DNA of 64,000 bases from NCBI GenBank assembly GCA_038245785.1, contig JBBRSB010000001.1:1-64000 (forward strand), in the 5' to 3' direction. This document shows, one piece after another, positions 45,574-55,786 of the stretch. The notes beneath the pieces are model-generated. The model was not told where the DNA came from, ran no database searches, and saw only the letters and a program-made list of their open reading frames with translations. The position numbers were made by a program, and so were the translations under genes. How positions within the stretch are numbered: position 1 is the stretch's first letter; each line of letters begins with the position of its first letter. This DNA is from Gloeobacterales cyanobacterium (GTDB lineage: Bacteria; Cyanobacteriota; Cyanobacteriia; Gloeobacterales; PMM-0068).

Positions 45574-45649
45574 GGGGCTATGGCGCAGTTGGTAGCGCAC
45601 CTCAATGGCATTGAGGGGGTCAGCGGTTCGAGTCCGCTTAGCTCCACCA
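45574..45649 (+). tRNA. tRNA-Ala(GGC)
   Basis: 76-nt cloverleaf; GGGGCTA/TAGCTCC acceptor stem with G3:U70; anticodon arm CCTCA-ATGGCAT-TGAGG; GGTTCGAGTCC T-arm; encoded CCA. Confidence 0.98.
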
Positions 45650-45659
45650 AATTTTAAAT

Positions 45660-45982
45660 TTATATCTGTAGTTGTTTCCTCTTCAGAAGCAGCCCTGCTC
45701 GATTTGCTCAGATCACGGGGTAAATTCAGTGAACTATCTGCCGAAGAGACGCAACAACGGTTACTACTGTACCTGCGCGAGGACGACCGCTTTAAGCGCC
45801 TAGCCGCCATCGCAAACTCCGAACCGCCGCGAGTTCGGGCCATGCTGGGTGCGATCGGGCAAGAACTCAAAAAGAGTGCCAAGCAGCTAGCCCCACTCCG
45901 CCAATCCTTGAACCCTATCTCGCGCTTCGACTTTGGCAAGCTGCGGAACTTGCGCTATGCAAAGGAATGGCAAGCCAAATGA
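45660..45982 (+). pseudogene. 5'-truncated AbiEi-like antitoxin
   Basis: Open frame ...EPPRVRAMLGAIGQEL...LNPISRFDFG...AKEWQAK has no valid start outside the tRNA and overlaps the AbiEii start (ATGA). Confidence 0.6.
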
Positions 45983-46953
45983 AGCTTTTTGAATCACCGG
46001 ACTTTTATGATGCAATCGTTGAGGCCACAGCGCACTTTACGGGTTCTGGCCTCACTGAACAGTTGATTGAGAAAGACTACTACGTCACCGAAGCCCTGCG
46101 TATCATTGCAACCCAATGGCCTAACCAAGTTATTTTCAAGGGAGGTACGAGCCTTTCTAAGGGTTGGAAACTGATTAATCGATTTTCGGAAGATCTAGAC
46201 TTATTTCTCAACAAGGATGCCTTTGCGCCTCCTTTAGGCACTGGTGGTAGAGACAAAACTCTAAAAGCTGTTGAACAGGCTGTAGGCGCATATCCAGCCC
46301 TAAAATATCTGCCAAAGTTAGAAAAAGGACGCAGCCGCTCTGAAAAAGGCATTTCCCGTACCAGTGATTTTGAGTATTCCATGCAATTTTCAGGCAATGG
46401 AGCGATTCAAAATCGAGTTCTTTTAGAAATGGGCATTCGCAGTGGCACCTTTCCCGTAGAATCGGTTCAGTTGACCTCATTTTTAGCTGAATTCTTACAT
46501 AATAAGGGCGACTCGCTAGAGGCAGAGGATGAAGCATCCTTCTCTATGCCATTGCTGCATTTCCGCAGAACATTTGTAGAAAAGCTATTTAGTCTACATT
46601 CCAAAATAATGCAGTACCAGCAAGACGGAACCTCCTTTGCTAACTACACCCGGCATTACTATGACCTGATGTGTTTAGCCCAACGCCCCGAAGTGAAAAA
46701 CATGCTCTAGTCAACAGAATATACCGCCATCAAACAAGACTGCGATCGCATTAGCCAGGAATATTTCAAAGAATACTACTATCGTCCTCAAGACCTAAAA
46801 TTTTCAGAGAGCATCGCTTTTTTCCCAACGGGCGAACTCAAGCAGGCGATCGCTAAAGAATATAAGCAGCAGTGTGACAACCTTTGTCTTAGCTCCTACT
46901 ATCCTTGGGAAGACGTTGAGCAATGCTTTGAGGAACTTCGTGCATGGCTATAA
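45979..46953 (+). pseudogene. AbiEii/AbiGii nucleotidyltransferase toxin with premature TAG at 46708-46710
   Basis: IEKDYYV, FKGGTSLSKGW, RFSEDLD and RHYYDL; the frame continues 80 codons after TAG to TAA at 46953. Confidence 0.85.
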
Positions 46954-47044
46954 GCAGCTTCATCTTAAAGCCTCTTGGCTCATCTAAACCGACCTTAGTT
47001 CAGGTCTAATTTCTTTTCATGAAGCCCAAACGAAATTTTAATGC

Positions 47045-48208
47045 TTATAATCGTGCCCATGGCATTGGCGTCATAGGTTCGAAGGAAGACGTCAACGTTC
47101 GAGGACTCCCCATTAACTGAGGGAATTGGATAGTCAGGACAATTTCATTAACGTGCAGTGCGTAGTTAGCGGATAGTCGGCACTGTCGCTTTTCTGTGAT
47201 GGCAGCAGCTAACTCTCCGACTCCACGGGCAAAGTCCATCTGATGAGAATCGCATTCATAACGGTGGCGATAGTTAGCCTTGCGGACCAGGGGATAGCGG
47301 CGATTCCGGTTCGCGAACTTCCGCAGGGGGCTCAATAATCGAAACCTTTCCGCCAGTGAGCTTAGCTTGTTGCGACGTCTGATATAAACCGGAGCATCAT
47401 AATTCCAACATTCCTCGGTGGAAAGTTCGCCCTCATCGCCAATAATATGCAAAGCATGGTCATGGGGAGCCACAATACTACAAGTTAGCCGGGCCACCAC
47501 CCCTGAAGGAAATTCAATGCACGCCACAGAGAAATCGGGGGAAACGACATCCAAGGGGAGCTCTGTTTGTTTATCTGGAATCAAACTAGAGGCAAAAGAG
47601 GTTACTTTTTTTGCCGGGCCGAAAAAGGCCGTGAGCCACGTGACATAGTAGCCCGCATGTTCCATCGTGCAGCCCACCTCAAATTCATCCTTATAAGGCC
47701 AAGGAGTGCCTGACTCACTGCGCCAGTGACCGTAGCGCATCCGATGAACTAGCCCATCATCCAGCTCAGCGTAGACCAAACGCACTTTCCCAATATCATT
47801 GAGACGGAGCGCTTGCCAGATAGTCTGAGCTGTTTCTCCCAGGACATTGCACGGTGCTGAAGTAATATATAACCCTTGCTTCTCCGCCAGGCGTACGAGC
47901 TGTTCTGCCTCCTCAAACACCATAGCTAGAGGCTTCTCCGAGTAGACATGCTTGCCCGCTTCCAAGCAAGCTTTAGAAACCTCAAAATGACTATGTGGAT
48001 TCGTTAAATTTAAGACGATTTCCACACTAGGGTCTGCCAACAATTTTTCAAAAGTGCTGTAGACAGGGAGTCCATAGAAAGCAGAAAAGCGATTAGCCCG
48101 CTCAGGGTCCAGGTCCATGACCCCTGCTACTTCTAATTCTGGATAGTTAGGAAGCGTTCTTAGATAATAATCCGCGACAAATCCGCACCCAACAATGGCG
48201 ACACGCAT
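47045..48208 (-). CDS. Gfo/Idh/MocA oxidoreductase
   Basis: VAIVGCGFVA and GKHVYSEKPLA. Confidence 0.9.
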   Translation of the reverse strand: MRVAIVGCGFVADYYLRTLPNYPELEVAGVMDLDPERANRFSAFYGLPVYSTFEKLLADPSVEIVLNLTNPHSHFEVSKACLEAGKHVYSEKPLAMVFEEAEQLVRLAEKQGLYITSAPCNVLGETAQTIWQALRLNDIGKVRLVYAELDDGLVHRMRYGHWRSESGTPWPYKDEFEVGCTMEHAGYYVTWLTAFFGPAKKVTSFASSLIPDKQTELPLDVVSPDFSVACIEFPSGVVARLTCSIVAPHDHALHIIGDEGELSTEECWNYDAPVYIRRRNKLSSLAERFRLLSPLRKFANRNRRYPLVRKANYRHRYECDSHQMDFARGVGELAAAITEKRQCRLSANYALHVNEIVLTIQFPQLMGSPRTLTSSFEPMTPMPWARL

Positions 48209-48281
48209 TCCTGATTCTCCTCGTCTTGTATTCCTAGACCTAAGGACTATGCGAATAGATATAAATTACTTTCCCCCCAGC

Positions 48282-49349
48282 TTAGCAGTTCCATTGCGAG
48301 CGGATTGTATCCATTATTTCTACGATCCTCAAAGTCTCATCCAGAGGCATAATTTCACTCTCAAGTTTCCCCGCTCGCAAACAGCGCATAACCTCTGCAG
48401 CTTCATAGTTATAGCCATTACCTTCGATCCGTTCCTCAACTTTTTCTAGACGCTCGCTCAACAATCGCTCCAAATGAAAATAGACAGACCGTACTACAGG
48501 CAACTTTTTGACATAATTCAACCCATTTTGTCTCGGTGTTGATGACTCTGGTCCTTGGAATCGGGTAATGGAGAGCTTATGGGGTCGATAAAGAGGTGGG
48601 TGAATCCTAATCCGGCCACGGGTCCCGATGATTAAAGCCTCGCAGGATAGCTGGGTACACAAACTGGTATGAAGAATGGCCAGTTTTTCTTGCCCGTAGC
48701 TCAAAATAAACGCCGATTGTTCATCCACGCCGGTAGAACCAATCGATGCCTGACTGACGACTTGAGTAGGATTGCCGAGGAGATAGGATGCAAGAGAAAG
48801 GGTATAGATACCCAAATCAAATAAAGCACCTCCACCCTTCTGGCGGTTTGAAAAGCGATCATTTTCATTGAAAGCCACAGGGAAACCCAGGTTGGCTTCC
48901 ACCATGCGAACCTCTCCAATGGCACCAGCATCTAAGTAGTTGCGCAGTTTAGACATGACGGGCATGAAGCGCATCCACATGGCTTCCATACAAAACAACT
49001 GCTTGCGACGAGCTATAGCAATGATTTCACGTGCTTCCTTAGCATCAAGTGCAAATGGTTTTTCACAGAGCACACTCTTGCCTGCTTCCAGAGCAAGAAG
49101 GCAGTGGTCCTTGTGCCGATGGTTAGGAGTAGCAATGTAAATGACATCTAAATCTTTATCGTCAACGAGGTCTTCATAGTTCTTGTAGGCACGAGGCATA
49201 GAAAATAAACGAGCAAATTCCTCTGCCTTAGCCTGGCTGCGAGAACCAACAGCGAGCAATTGAGCATCAGGTAAAGACTGCAATCCCTGTGCGAAGTCTC
49301 TAGCAACTACTCCTGTGCCAAGGATGCCCCAACGAATTGTCTCTAGCAT
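48282..49349 (-). CDS. Gfo/Idh/MocA oxidoreductase (dihydrodiol dehydrogenase-like)
   Basis: WGILGTG, VLCEKP and GGGALFDLGIY. Confidence 0.9.
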   Translation of the reverse strand: MLETIRWGILGTGVVARDFAQGLQSLPDAQLLAVGSRSQAKAEEFARLFSMPRAYKNYEDLVDDKDLDVIYIATPNHRHKDHCLLALEAGKSVLCEKPFALDAKEAREIIAIARRKQLFCMEAMWMRFMPVMSKLRNYLDAGAIGEVRMVEANLGFPVAFNENDRFSNRQKGGGALFDLGIYTLSLASYLLGNPTQVVSQASIGSTGVDEQSAFILSYGQEKLAILHTSLCTQLSCEALIIGTRGRIRIHPPLYRPHKLSITRFQGPESSTPRQNGLNYVKKLPVVRSVYFHLERLLSERLEKVEERIEGNGYNYEAAEVMRCLRAGKLESEIMPLDETLRIVEIMDTIRSQWNC

Positions 49350-49463
49350 GGATATCCTCTAAATTTGCTGACGGATAACCTAGACCTGTCAGTTTAGGGC
49401 TTGGCCTTCTAAATCTAACAACCATCGTTCTGTTTCACTCTGTGCCCCTAGAGATTTTTTAGC

Positions 49464-50303
49464 TTATAGCATCGGAAGCACACGGGGACGAGTTCCGAGC
49501 GGAAAGGCTGCATCGATCCGGTCAAGTTCGGCTTGGGTTAGATGGAGTTCTCCAGCGCTCGCGTTTTCGGCGGCGTGATCGGGCTTGGAAGCCTTGGGAA
49601 TTGCATAGAGCGAAGGTCGTCGCACCAGAAACCGGAGCGCAACCTGCCGAGGAGTGGCGTTGTGGGCATCGGCAATTTCTTGGAGGACACACCCCTCGGA
49701 TGTGCGAAGACGGGGAAAGTTCCCTTGACCGAATGGACTGTAAGCAACCACTGCGACCCCATGCTTTTCACACCAAGGAATCACCGCGTGTTCGATTGCT
49801 CGTTCGTTCAAATGGTAGAGCACCTGATTGCAGACGAGACTACGACCGCCAGCAATCCTCCATGCTGCTTCTAGATCAGGCACATCGAAGTTGCTCACCC
49901 CCCAGGAAAGGATCTTCCCCTCATCCTGAAGTTGCTCGAAGGCAGCAATCGTTTCCTCTAAAGGATGTTGGCCGCGCCAGTGTAATAAGTAGGAGTCTAG
50001 TCGATCGGTCTTGAGGCGAGTAAGAGACTGCTCGCAGGCAGCAATCGTTCCACTTCGGGAGGCGTTTCCGGGAAGCACCTTTGAGACTAAAAAGACCTCA
50101 TCCCGTCGCCCATGGATCGCTTCAGCAATGATCTCCTCAGCATTGCCATACATCTCGGCGGTATCGATATGAGTCATTCCAAGATCCAGTCCTTGGCGCA
50201 AAGCCGCAATCGCGGAGACCCGATCGCCATTGTCAATATTCCAGGTACCTTGACCGATCACCGACACCTTGCGCTCCGTGGAACCGAATCGACGCTGTTC
50301 CAT
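49464..50303 (-). CDS. Aldo/keto reductase
   Basis: IGQGTW, IDTAEMYG, YLLHW, GVSNF and AIPK. Confidence 0.93.
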   Translation of the reverse strand: MEQRRFGSTERKVSVIGQGTWNIDNGDRVSAIAALRQGLDLGMTHIDTAEMYGNAEEIIAEAIHGRRDEVFLVSKVLPGNASRSGTIAACEQSLTRLKTDRLDSYLLHWRGQHPLEETIAAFEQLQDEGKILSWGVSNFDVPDLEAAWRIAGGRSLVCNQVLYHLNERAIEHAVIPWCEKHGVAVVAYSPFGQGNFPRLRTSEGCVLQEIADAHNATPRQVALRFLVRRPSLYAIPKASKPDHAAENASAGELHLTQAELDRIDAAFPLGTRPRVLPML

Positions 50304-50461
50304 GCCTATGCTCCTGGTTGAATTCGTTGCTTTTGAGACTTGGCTCTCTACGCGAACAATGGGGCGGGCGTATACCCTGGAAAGGGCCGCTCAAGCATAA
50401 ATAGCACCATACTATAGTATTAGAATCCGCTTCTTTGACACCTCCTCAACTGGAGCTGCCC

Positions 50462-50902
50462 ATGCAGACCACAACCCTCTATGACCAAGACTTTTACGCC
50501 TGGACTCAACGACAGGTAGAGCTACTGCAAGCAGGGCGCTGGAATGAGCTAGATATTGAGAACTTGATTGAGGAAATTGAGTCCTTGGGTAAGCAACAAC
50601 GCCAAGAGTTACGCAATCGCCTCGGAGTGCTCCTGGGTCATCTCCTCAAGTGGCGCTATCAACCCGAAGCCCGATCAAGAAGTTGGACCGCAACCATTCG
50701 GGAACAGCGACGGCGGATTCAAGAACACCTGCAAGACAACTCTAGCTTAAAATCTTATCTTCCAGAAGCGATCACCCGTGGCTACCAAGATGGGCTGGAC
50801 TTGGTCGAACGGGAAACTCCGATAGAGATAGAGACACTGCCCCAAACCTGCCCCTTTTCTATCTCGGAAATTTTCGAGGAACCAGTGGAATTAAAGCAGT
50901 AG
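50462..50902 (+). CDS. DUF29 family protein
   Basis: LYDQDFYAW, LIEEIESLG and LLGHLLKWRYQP. Confidence 0.9.
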   Translation: MQTTTLYDQDFYAWTQRQVELLQAGRWNELDIENLIEEIESLGKQQRQELRNRLGVLLGHLLKWRYQPEARSRSWTATIREQRRRIQEHLQDNSSLKSYLPEAITRGYQDGLDLVERETPIEIETLPQTCPFSISEIFEEPVELKQ

Positions 50903-50918
50903 AAGTTTTCTGACATAC

Positions 50919-50950
50919 AAAAAGGGACATAGCTTACTTGCTATGCCCCT
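50919..50950 (-). terminator. Intrinsic terminator between convergent genes
   Basis: AGGGACATAGC-TTACTT-GCTATGCCCCT preceded by an A-run, giving a U-tract on the minus strand. Confidence 0.65.
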
Positions 50951-51002
50951 CTAGTGATTACTTGAAAATTAGAATAGTAGTTGTTAGATAACAGCTTTTG
51001 GC

Positions 51003-51272
51003 TTAGTTGCCGAGTTCCCAAACGTGGGCACCTACTTTTCTAGGACGCTGTGAGCCGAGAATAGGAGAAAGATATCCGGCGACCATCCAAGCGGCGTCTT
51101 CGGTAGCACCCGTCAGAACGTAACGGCCACGGCCTTTAGGCTCCAGGGTGCAATCCATATAGTGGCAGAGGACGCCAAGGGAATCAGGCCATTGCTTGCC
51201 TTCCTGATAAAGTTTAAATTGCTTTGCGTCTAAAGAAACTTGGTATTCTACGGGAGCGGTAGGGGCGAACAT
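51003..51272 (-). CDS. Hypothetical protein (89 aa)
   Basis: Fills the intergenic space and is followed by a minus-strand terminator; no family recognised. Confidence 0.55.
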   Translation of the reverse strand: MFAPTAPVEYQVSLDAKQFKLYQEGKQWPDSLGVLCHYMDCTLEPKGRGRYVLTGATEDAAWMVAGYLSPILGSQRPRKVGAHVWELGN

Positions 51273-51406
51273 AAGCTTTATTTGTGAATCACTATATTCA
51301 TAGTAAAACGCAGGAAGCCCTCGGCTGATAACCGTGCCGACACGGAAAACGAATAGTTTATATATCAGTAAATCCCTGGTAAATATCCCGAGATGAACCT
51401 ATCCCC

Positions 51407-52756
51407 ATGACTCTTTCTTCCCGCCAAATGGCCTTGAATGTCTTACTGAAGCTGGATTTTGATACGGGAGTTTACATTAGTGAAGTATTAGATAGGCAAC
51501 TTAAGCAGAGTCTAACCAGTAGTCAAGAGCGGGGACTGGCTACAGAACTGGTGTACGGAGTAACGAGACAGAAACTGTTGCTCGACCATCTTATAGAGCA
51601 AGCTACCAAACGTACTACGGAGCAACAGTCTCCCGTTTTGTTAAATATTCTGCGTTTGGGCCTTTATCAACTAAGGTTTTTACCCTATATACCTGTTCAG
51701 GCCGTTGTCCATAGCGCAGTCGACCTGGCCAAAACGAACAAGCTGCAGCGCTTGAGTACGGTGGTGAATGGAGTCCTGCGAAACTACCTGCGTGAACAGG
51801 AAAAGTATGAGCAGACCAACTCTATGCAGGTAATCGGTTTACCGGAAGAGCCGAAGGCGAAACTTAGCATCCTCTATAGTTTTCCTCTGTGGATAGTGGA
51901 GTTGTGGTGGCAGCAGCTAGGTCCAGAAGGTTGTGAAAAACTCCTCAGTTGGTTTAATCGCACTCCCCATCTCGATCTGCGGGTGAATGGCTTGAGGACA
52001 GAACGCTCCCAGGTGCAGCAGGCGTTAGCTACTGTTGGAATCCGGTCTCAGGCCCTAGAAGGTCTACCTCACGGCCTGAGACTTTTAGACAGTCCTGGGG
52101 CAATAGAAACAATACCGGGCTATCGAGAAGGGCACTGGAGCATCCAGGATGGGGCCGCACAATGGGCGGTAATCGCTCTGGCTCCTCAGCCTGGTGAGCT
52201 TATCCTAGACCTCTGTGCCGCTCCAGGGGGGAAAACCACCTATATCGCAGAATTGATTGGCAATCAGGGCGCTGTCTACGCCTTTGACCGACACCGTGCT
52301 CGCCTGCGTCGATTGAGAGAAAATGTTGAGCGGTTGGGTGTTACGACCGTATCTATTCAACCAGCCATTGATATTTTGATGTGCGCAGAAACATTTCAAG
52401 CTGACCGAATTCTTGTAGATGCTCCCTGTTCCGGCTTGGGAACGCTGCACCGCCATCCCGATGCCCGATGGCGCAAACAATCCCAGCAACTTCAGCAGAC
52501 GGCAACACTCCAAGGCCAAATTTTGGAGAAAGCCACGACCTGGCTTAAACCCGGCGGCTTGATCGTCTACAGCACCTGCACGCTTAACTTCCAAGAGAAT
52601 GAGCAAGTGGTCGCAGACTTTCTCAAGATTCGTCCCGACTGGCAGCTAGAGGGGATTAGCGCAGGACCTTTCCTAGGACAAGGAGAATGTACGATTTGGC
52701 CCCATGAGTGGGATTTGGATGGGTTCTATATTGCTCGGTTACGTGCACCCCGTTAA
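51407..52756 (+). CDS. rsmB: 16S rRNA (cytosine-967-C5)-methyltransferase
   Basis: NusB-like N-terminus; DLCAAPGGKT, DAPCSGLG and VYSTCT. Confidence 0.93.
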   Translation: MTLSSRQMALNVLLKLDFDTGVYISEVLDRQLKQSLTSSQERGLATELVYGVTRQKLLLDHLIEQATKRTTEQQSPVLLNILRLGLYQLRFLPYIPVQAVVHSAVDLAKTNKLQRLSTVVNGVLRNYLREQEKYEQTNSMQVIGLPEEPKAKLSILYSFPLWIVELWWQQLGPEGCEKLLSWFNRTPHLDLRVNGLRTERSQVQQALATVGIRSQALEGLPHGLRLLDSPGAIETIPGYREGHWSIQDGAAQWAVIALAPQPGELILDLCAAPGGKTTYIAELIGNQGAVYAFDRHRARLRRLRENVERLGVTTVSIQPAIDILMCAETFQADRILVDAPCSGLGTLHRHPDARWRKQSQQLQQTATLQGQILEKATTWLKPGGLIVYSTCTLNFQENEQVVADFLKIRPDWQLEGISAGPFLGQGECTIWPHEWDLDGFYIARLRAPR

Positions 52757-52762
52757 TCGTGA

Positions 52763-54055
52763 TTAGTCACGGGCAGCAACCGTGGCGACTGCAGGCTGAG
52801 GGACTAGTTCATCTACTTCCTGAGGCACTTTTCCATCAAGGAGAGAGCTTACGGTCATGTCTCCCATGACGTTGATCGAGGTGCGGCAGCGGTCTAGGAA
52901 CCAATCTACAGTCACTAAAAGGGCAATGTACTCTGTTGGTAGGCCGACTGAACTAAAGACCAAAGTCATGGTCACCAAGCCTGCTTCGGGAATCCCTGCG
53001 GCTCCGACAGAAGCAATGATCGAAGTAAGGATGACGATCACTTGCTGTTCCAGGGAAAGGTTTATCCCTAGGGCTTGGGCAATGAACAGAGCGGCCATCG
53101 CTTCATAGAGGGCCGTGCCATCATTGTTGAAATTGCTACCCACCAGTGAACCCAGAGAAGCTGAAGATTCACGCAGACCGACTTTTTCCTTTAAAACTCG
53201 GAAGGTGACTGGCATAGTGATGGTCGAGGATGCGGTTGAAAAAGCGGTGATTAAAGCATCGGCACCGCCGGATAAGAATCTAGGGATGCCGACCCAAGAA
53301 CCAAACTGGACTCGACTGAGGTAGTAGCAAGCTTGGCAAAAGAGGGCGAGAATAACGGCGAAAATGAAGGCTGCTAGCGCTTGAAAAGGGGCAAATCCTT
53401 GGGTGCCGACTGTCTTGGCTACAATCCCAAAGACGGCTATCGGAACAATCGTAATCAGCCAGGTCAGGATCTTCATCACCGTCTCCAACAGGATGGTGAT
53501 CACCTGTTCCACAGGCAGATAGTCCGTCTTTCCTTCCTTGACTTGTTTGGCTTTGATGCTCCGTAGCGCCACCCCAAAGGCCAGCGCCACCACAATCAGT
53601 TGAATAACATTGTTGTCTACCAGTGGTTGCGCCACGGCAGTAGGCACACTGTCCTGCAGCAGTCCCCAAGGGTCTAGTGATTTAGTAGCGGTCACTGCTG
53701 TCTGGGGAGCAGCCAATTGGCCCCATTTCCCTGGCTGGACTATATTGGCTACCGTTAAGCCAATCAGAATCGCTACTAGCGTATTGGTAAAAAGTAACAC
53801 GGCCAGACGGCGACCAGATTTCTCAGGAAGCTCTGCGGTCATGAAGACATGAAGTACCGCCAACAGAATCAGCGGAGTAGCCAGCGCTTTGAGGGCTTTG
53901 AGGATCAGGGCACAGGGAATGGCTAGATTATTAAGTAGCGTGGCATTCTCAGGAGTCGGCTGTCCTCCACCAAGCAGAGTCCCCACCGCAACTCCAAAAA
54001 GCAAGGCTATAAAAATTTGAATGTAGAGGGGAATGCGCTTTAAGAGAGCTGGCAT
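52763..54055 (-). CDS. Dicarboxylate/amino acid:cation symporter (DAACS)
   Basis: AFSTASS, NNDGTALYE, SVGAAGIP and DWFLDRCRTSINVMGD. Confidence 0.93.
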   Translation of the reverse strand: MPALLKRIPLYIQIFIALLFGVAVGTLLGGGQPTPENATLLNNLAIPCALILKALKALATPLILLAVLHVFMTAELPEKSGRRLAVLLFTNTLVAILIGLTVANIVQPGKWGQLAAPQTAVTATKSLDPWGLLQDSVPTAVAQPLVDNNVIQLIVVALAFGVALRSIKAKQVKEGKTDYLPVEQVITILLETVMKILTWLITIVPIAVFGIVAKTVGTQGFAPFQALAAFIFAVILALFCQACYYLSRVQFGSWVGIPRFLSGGADALITAFSTASSTITMPVTFRVLKEKVGLRESSASLGSLVGSNFNNDGTALYEAMAALFIAQALGINLSLEQQVIVILTSIIASVGAAGIPEAGLVTMTLVFSSVGLPTEYIALLVTVDWFLDRCRTSINVMGDMTVSSLLDGKVPQEVDELVPQPAVATVAARD

Positions 54056-54153
54056 GGATTTGGTCCCCGAAACAAGAAGCTTAAGCTCCTAGTGTATACA
54101 TCGCAATAATAGTGTTTGTGATAAGACAAGGATGTTTTCGGGAAGACGTCTAT

Positions 54154-55257
54154 ATGTCTCGCTCTGTTCTCTATGTGGCCATCACCAATCACGGATTTGG
54201 TCATGCTACCCGGATATCCTCTGTAGTAGAAGTTATTCAACGGCTCTATCCAAACATCGAAATTATTGTGGCAACGAAGGCTCCCCGCTGGTTGTTGGAA
54301 TCCTATATCCCCGGTGATTTTCTCTATCATCCCTCTGTCCTTGATGTGGGAGTTATCCAAAGTGATAGCTTAACCATGGACAAAGCAGCAACCCTTGCTC
54401 AGCTGCATCAAATTCGAACCCAAGCGCCAACCCTGATTGCAGAGGAAGTTGATTTTATTCAGCAGCATAAAGTGGGACTGATTCTGGCAGATATTCCACC
54501 TTTGGCTACGCTCGTGGCGGAAGCAGCAGGGATTCCTTGCTGGATGAGCAGTAATTTTGGCTGGGATTTTATCTATCGGGATTGGGGCGGGGAATTTATA
54601 GAAATAGCCGATTGGATTGGGGATTGCTTTAGTCGCTGTGACCAGCTGTTCCGGCCCCCTTTCCATGAGTCAATGAGCCGCTTTCCGGTAATTACGGATG
54701 TTGGTCTAATCGGCGGTTCTCCTCGCCATAACCTACAGGAGCTTAAGGAAAAGTTTGACCTCAAGGTAGAACGTGACCGGATAGTCTTGCTAACCTTTGG
54801 GGGGCTTGGGCTTGACCAGATTCCCTATGGCAATCTAGTTCAATTTCCTGATTGGCAATTTATTACCTTTGACCAGAAAGCGCCTGACTTGCCCAATCTG
54901 CTTACGATAAACCGGGATGGACATTCCTATCGGCCCGTGGACTTTATGCCTTTATGTGGACGGATCATCTCGAAGCCAGGGTATGGCACTTTTGCAGAAG
55001 CTTGTCGGGTAGGCGTACCGATTGTTTCAGTGACCAGAGATGATTTTTCAGAGGCGGCCCTATTGATCGAAGGAATCCGAGACTATGCTCAACACCAAGT
55101 GCTCACCCCCCTTGAGTTCACTCAAGGTACTTGGGAATTTCTCAATCAAGCTCCTCAGCCTCCCCGCCAGAGCCAGTCCCTCGCCTTAGATGGGAATGAA
55201 GTGATTGCCCATGCTATCGGCCAGTACTTTCAAAGGAAACAGGAGCTCCTATGCTGA
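54154..55257 (+). CDS. GT-B fold glycosyltransferase-like protein
   Basis: HGFGHATR, SNFGWDFIY and ISKPGYGTFAE. Confidence 0.8.
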   Translation: MSRSVLYVAITNHGFGHATRISSVVEVIQRLYPNIEIIVATKAPRWLLESYIPGDFLYHPSVLDVGVIQSDSLTMDKAATLAQLHQIRTQAPTLIAEEVDFIQQHKVGLILADIPPLATLVAEAAGIPCWMSSNFGWDFIYRDWGGEFIEIADWIGDCFSRCDQLFRPPFHESMSRFPVITDVGLIGGSPRHNLQELKEKFDLKVERDRIVLLTFGGLGLDQIPYGNLVQFPDWQFITFDQKAPDLPNLLTINRDGHSYRPVDFMPLCGRIISKPGYGTFAEACRVGVPIVSVTRDDFSEAALLIEGIRDYAQHQVLTPLEFTQGTWEFLNQAPQPPRQSQSLALDGNEVIAHAIGQYFQRKQELLC

Positions 55258-55616
55258 TCCAAAAACTCAACAGGTGCACAGAATTTACCGCCGGAGATAA
55301 CACCTCGCTGCGAGAGTTATTGCATCCTGACAAACAACTGCTAGACCTGCGTTATAGCTTGGCCCATGCCACCGTTGAGGTAGGACAGACTTCTACGCTC
55401 CACGCCCTAAAAACTTCTGAGGTCTATTACATTCTGCAAGGAATTGGGGAAATATATATAGACGACGAAGTAGAGGAAGTAGAACTAGGAGATACGATTT
55501 ATATTCCACCTGGTGCCAAACAATGCATTGCGAACAGGGGCACAGAACCCTTGATTTTCCTGTGTATTGTTGATCCCGCTTGGCGTTTGAAAGATGAAAT
55601 TATCTTTAAGGAGTGA
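55251..55616 (+). CDS. Cupin domain protein
   Basis: LH...SEVYYILQG and IYIPPGAKQ. Confidence 0.88.
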   Translation: MLIQKLNRCTEFTAGDNTSLRELLHPDKQLLDLRYSLAHATVEVGQTSTLHALKTSEVYYILQGIGEIYIDDEVEEVELGDTIYIPPGAKQCIANRGTEPLIFLCIVDPAWRLKDEIIFKE

Positions 55617-55786
55617 CACAAATGTTTCCCTGTATACCAAGTTATCGTGGTTAGTACGTGAATCTCCGTAATTCTTCTCAAACTGGAATGTGCTGTCCTG
55701 CTGTAAACTTGAGTGGCATTCCTGAGCATTCCTGTTCCTCTCAAGAAATTGCGCCCGATAGGGTTCTCTTGGCAGGTTAATTTGTT

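Noticed and set aside
45605..45660. ORF-track start of the 125-aa ORF, and antisense ORFs 45462-45650 and 45511-45939
   Set aside because: They begin in or cross the tRNA gene and are translation artefacts.
50423..50442. GAATCCGCTT as a possible attR copy of the tRNA-Ala 3' end
   Set aside because: Only 9 of 10 bases match and the following bases diverge; too short to distinguish from chance.
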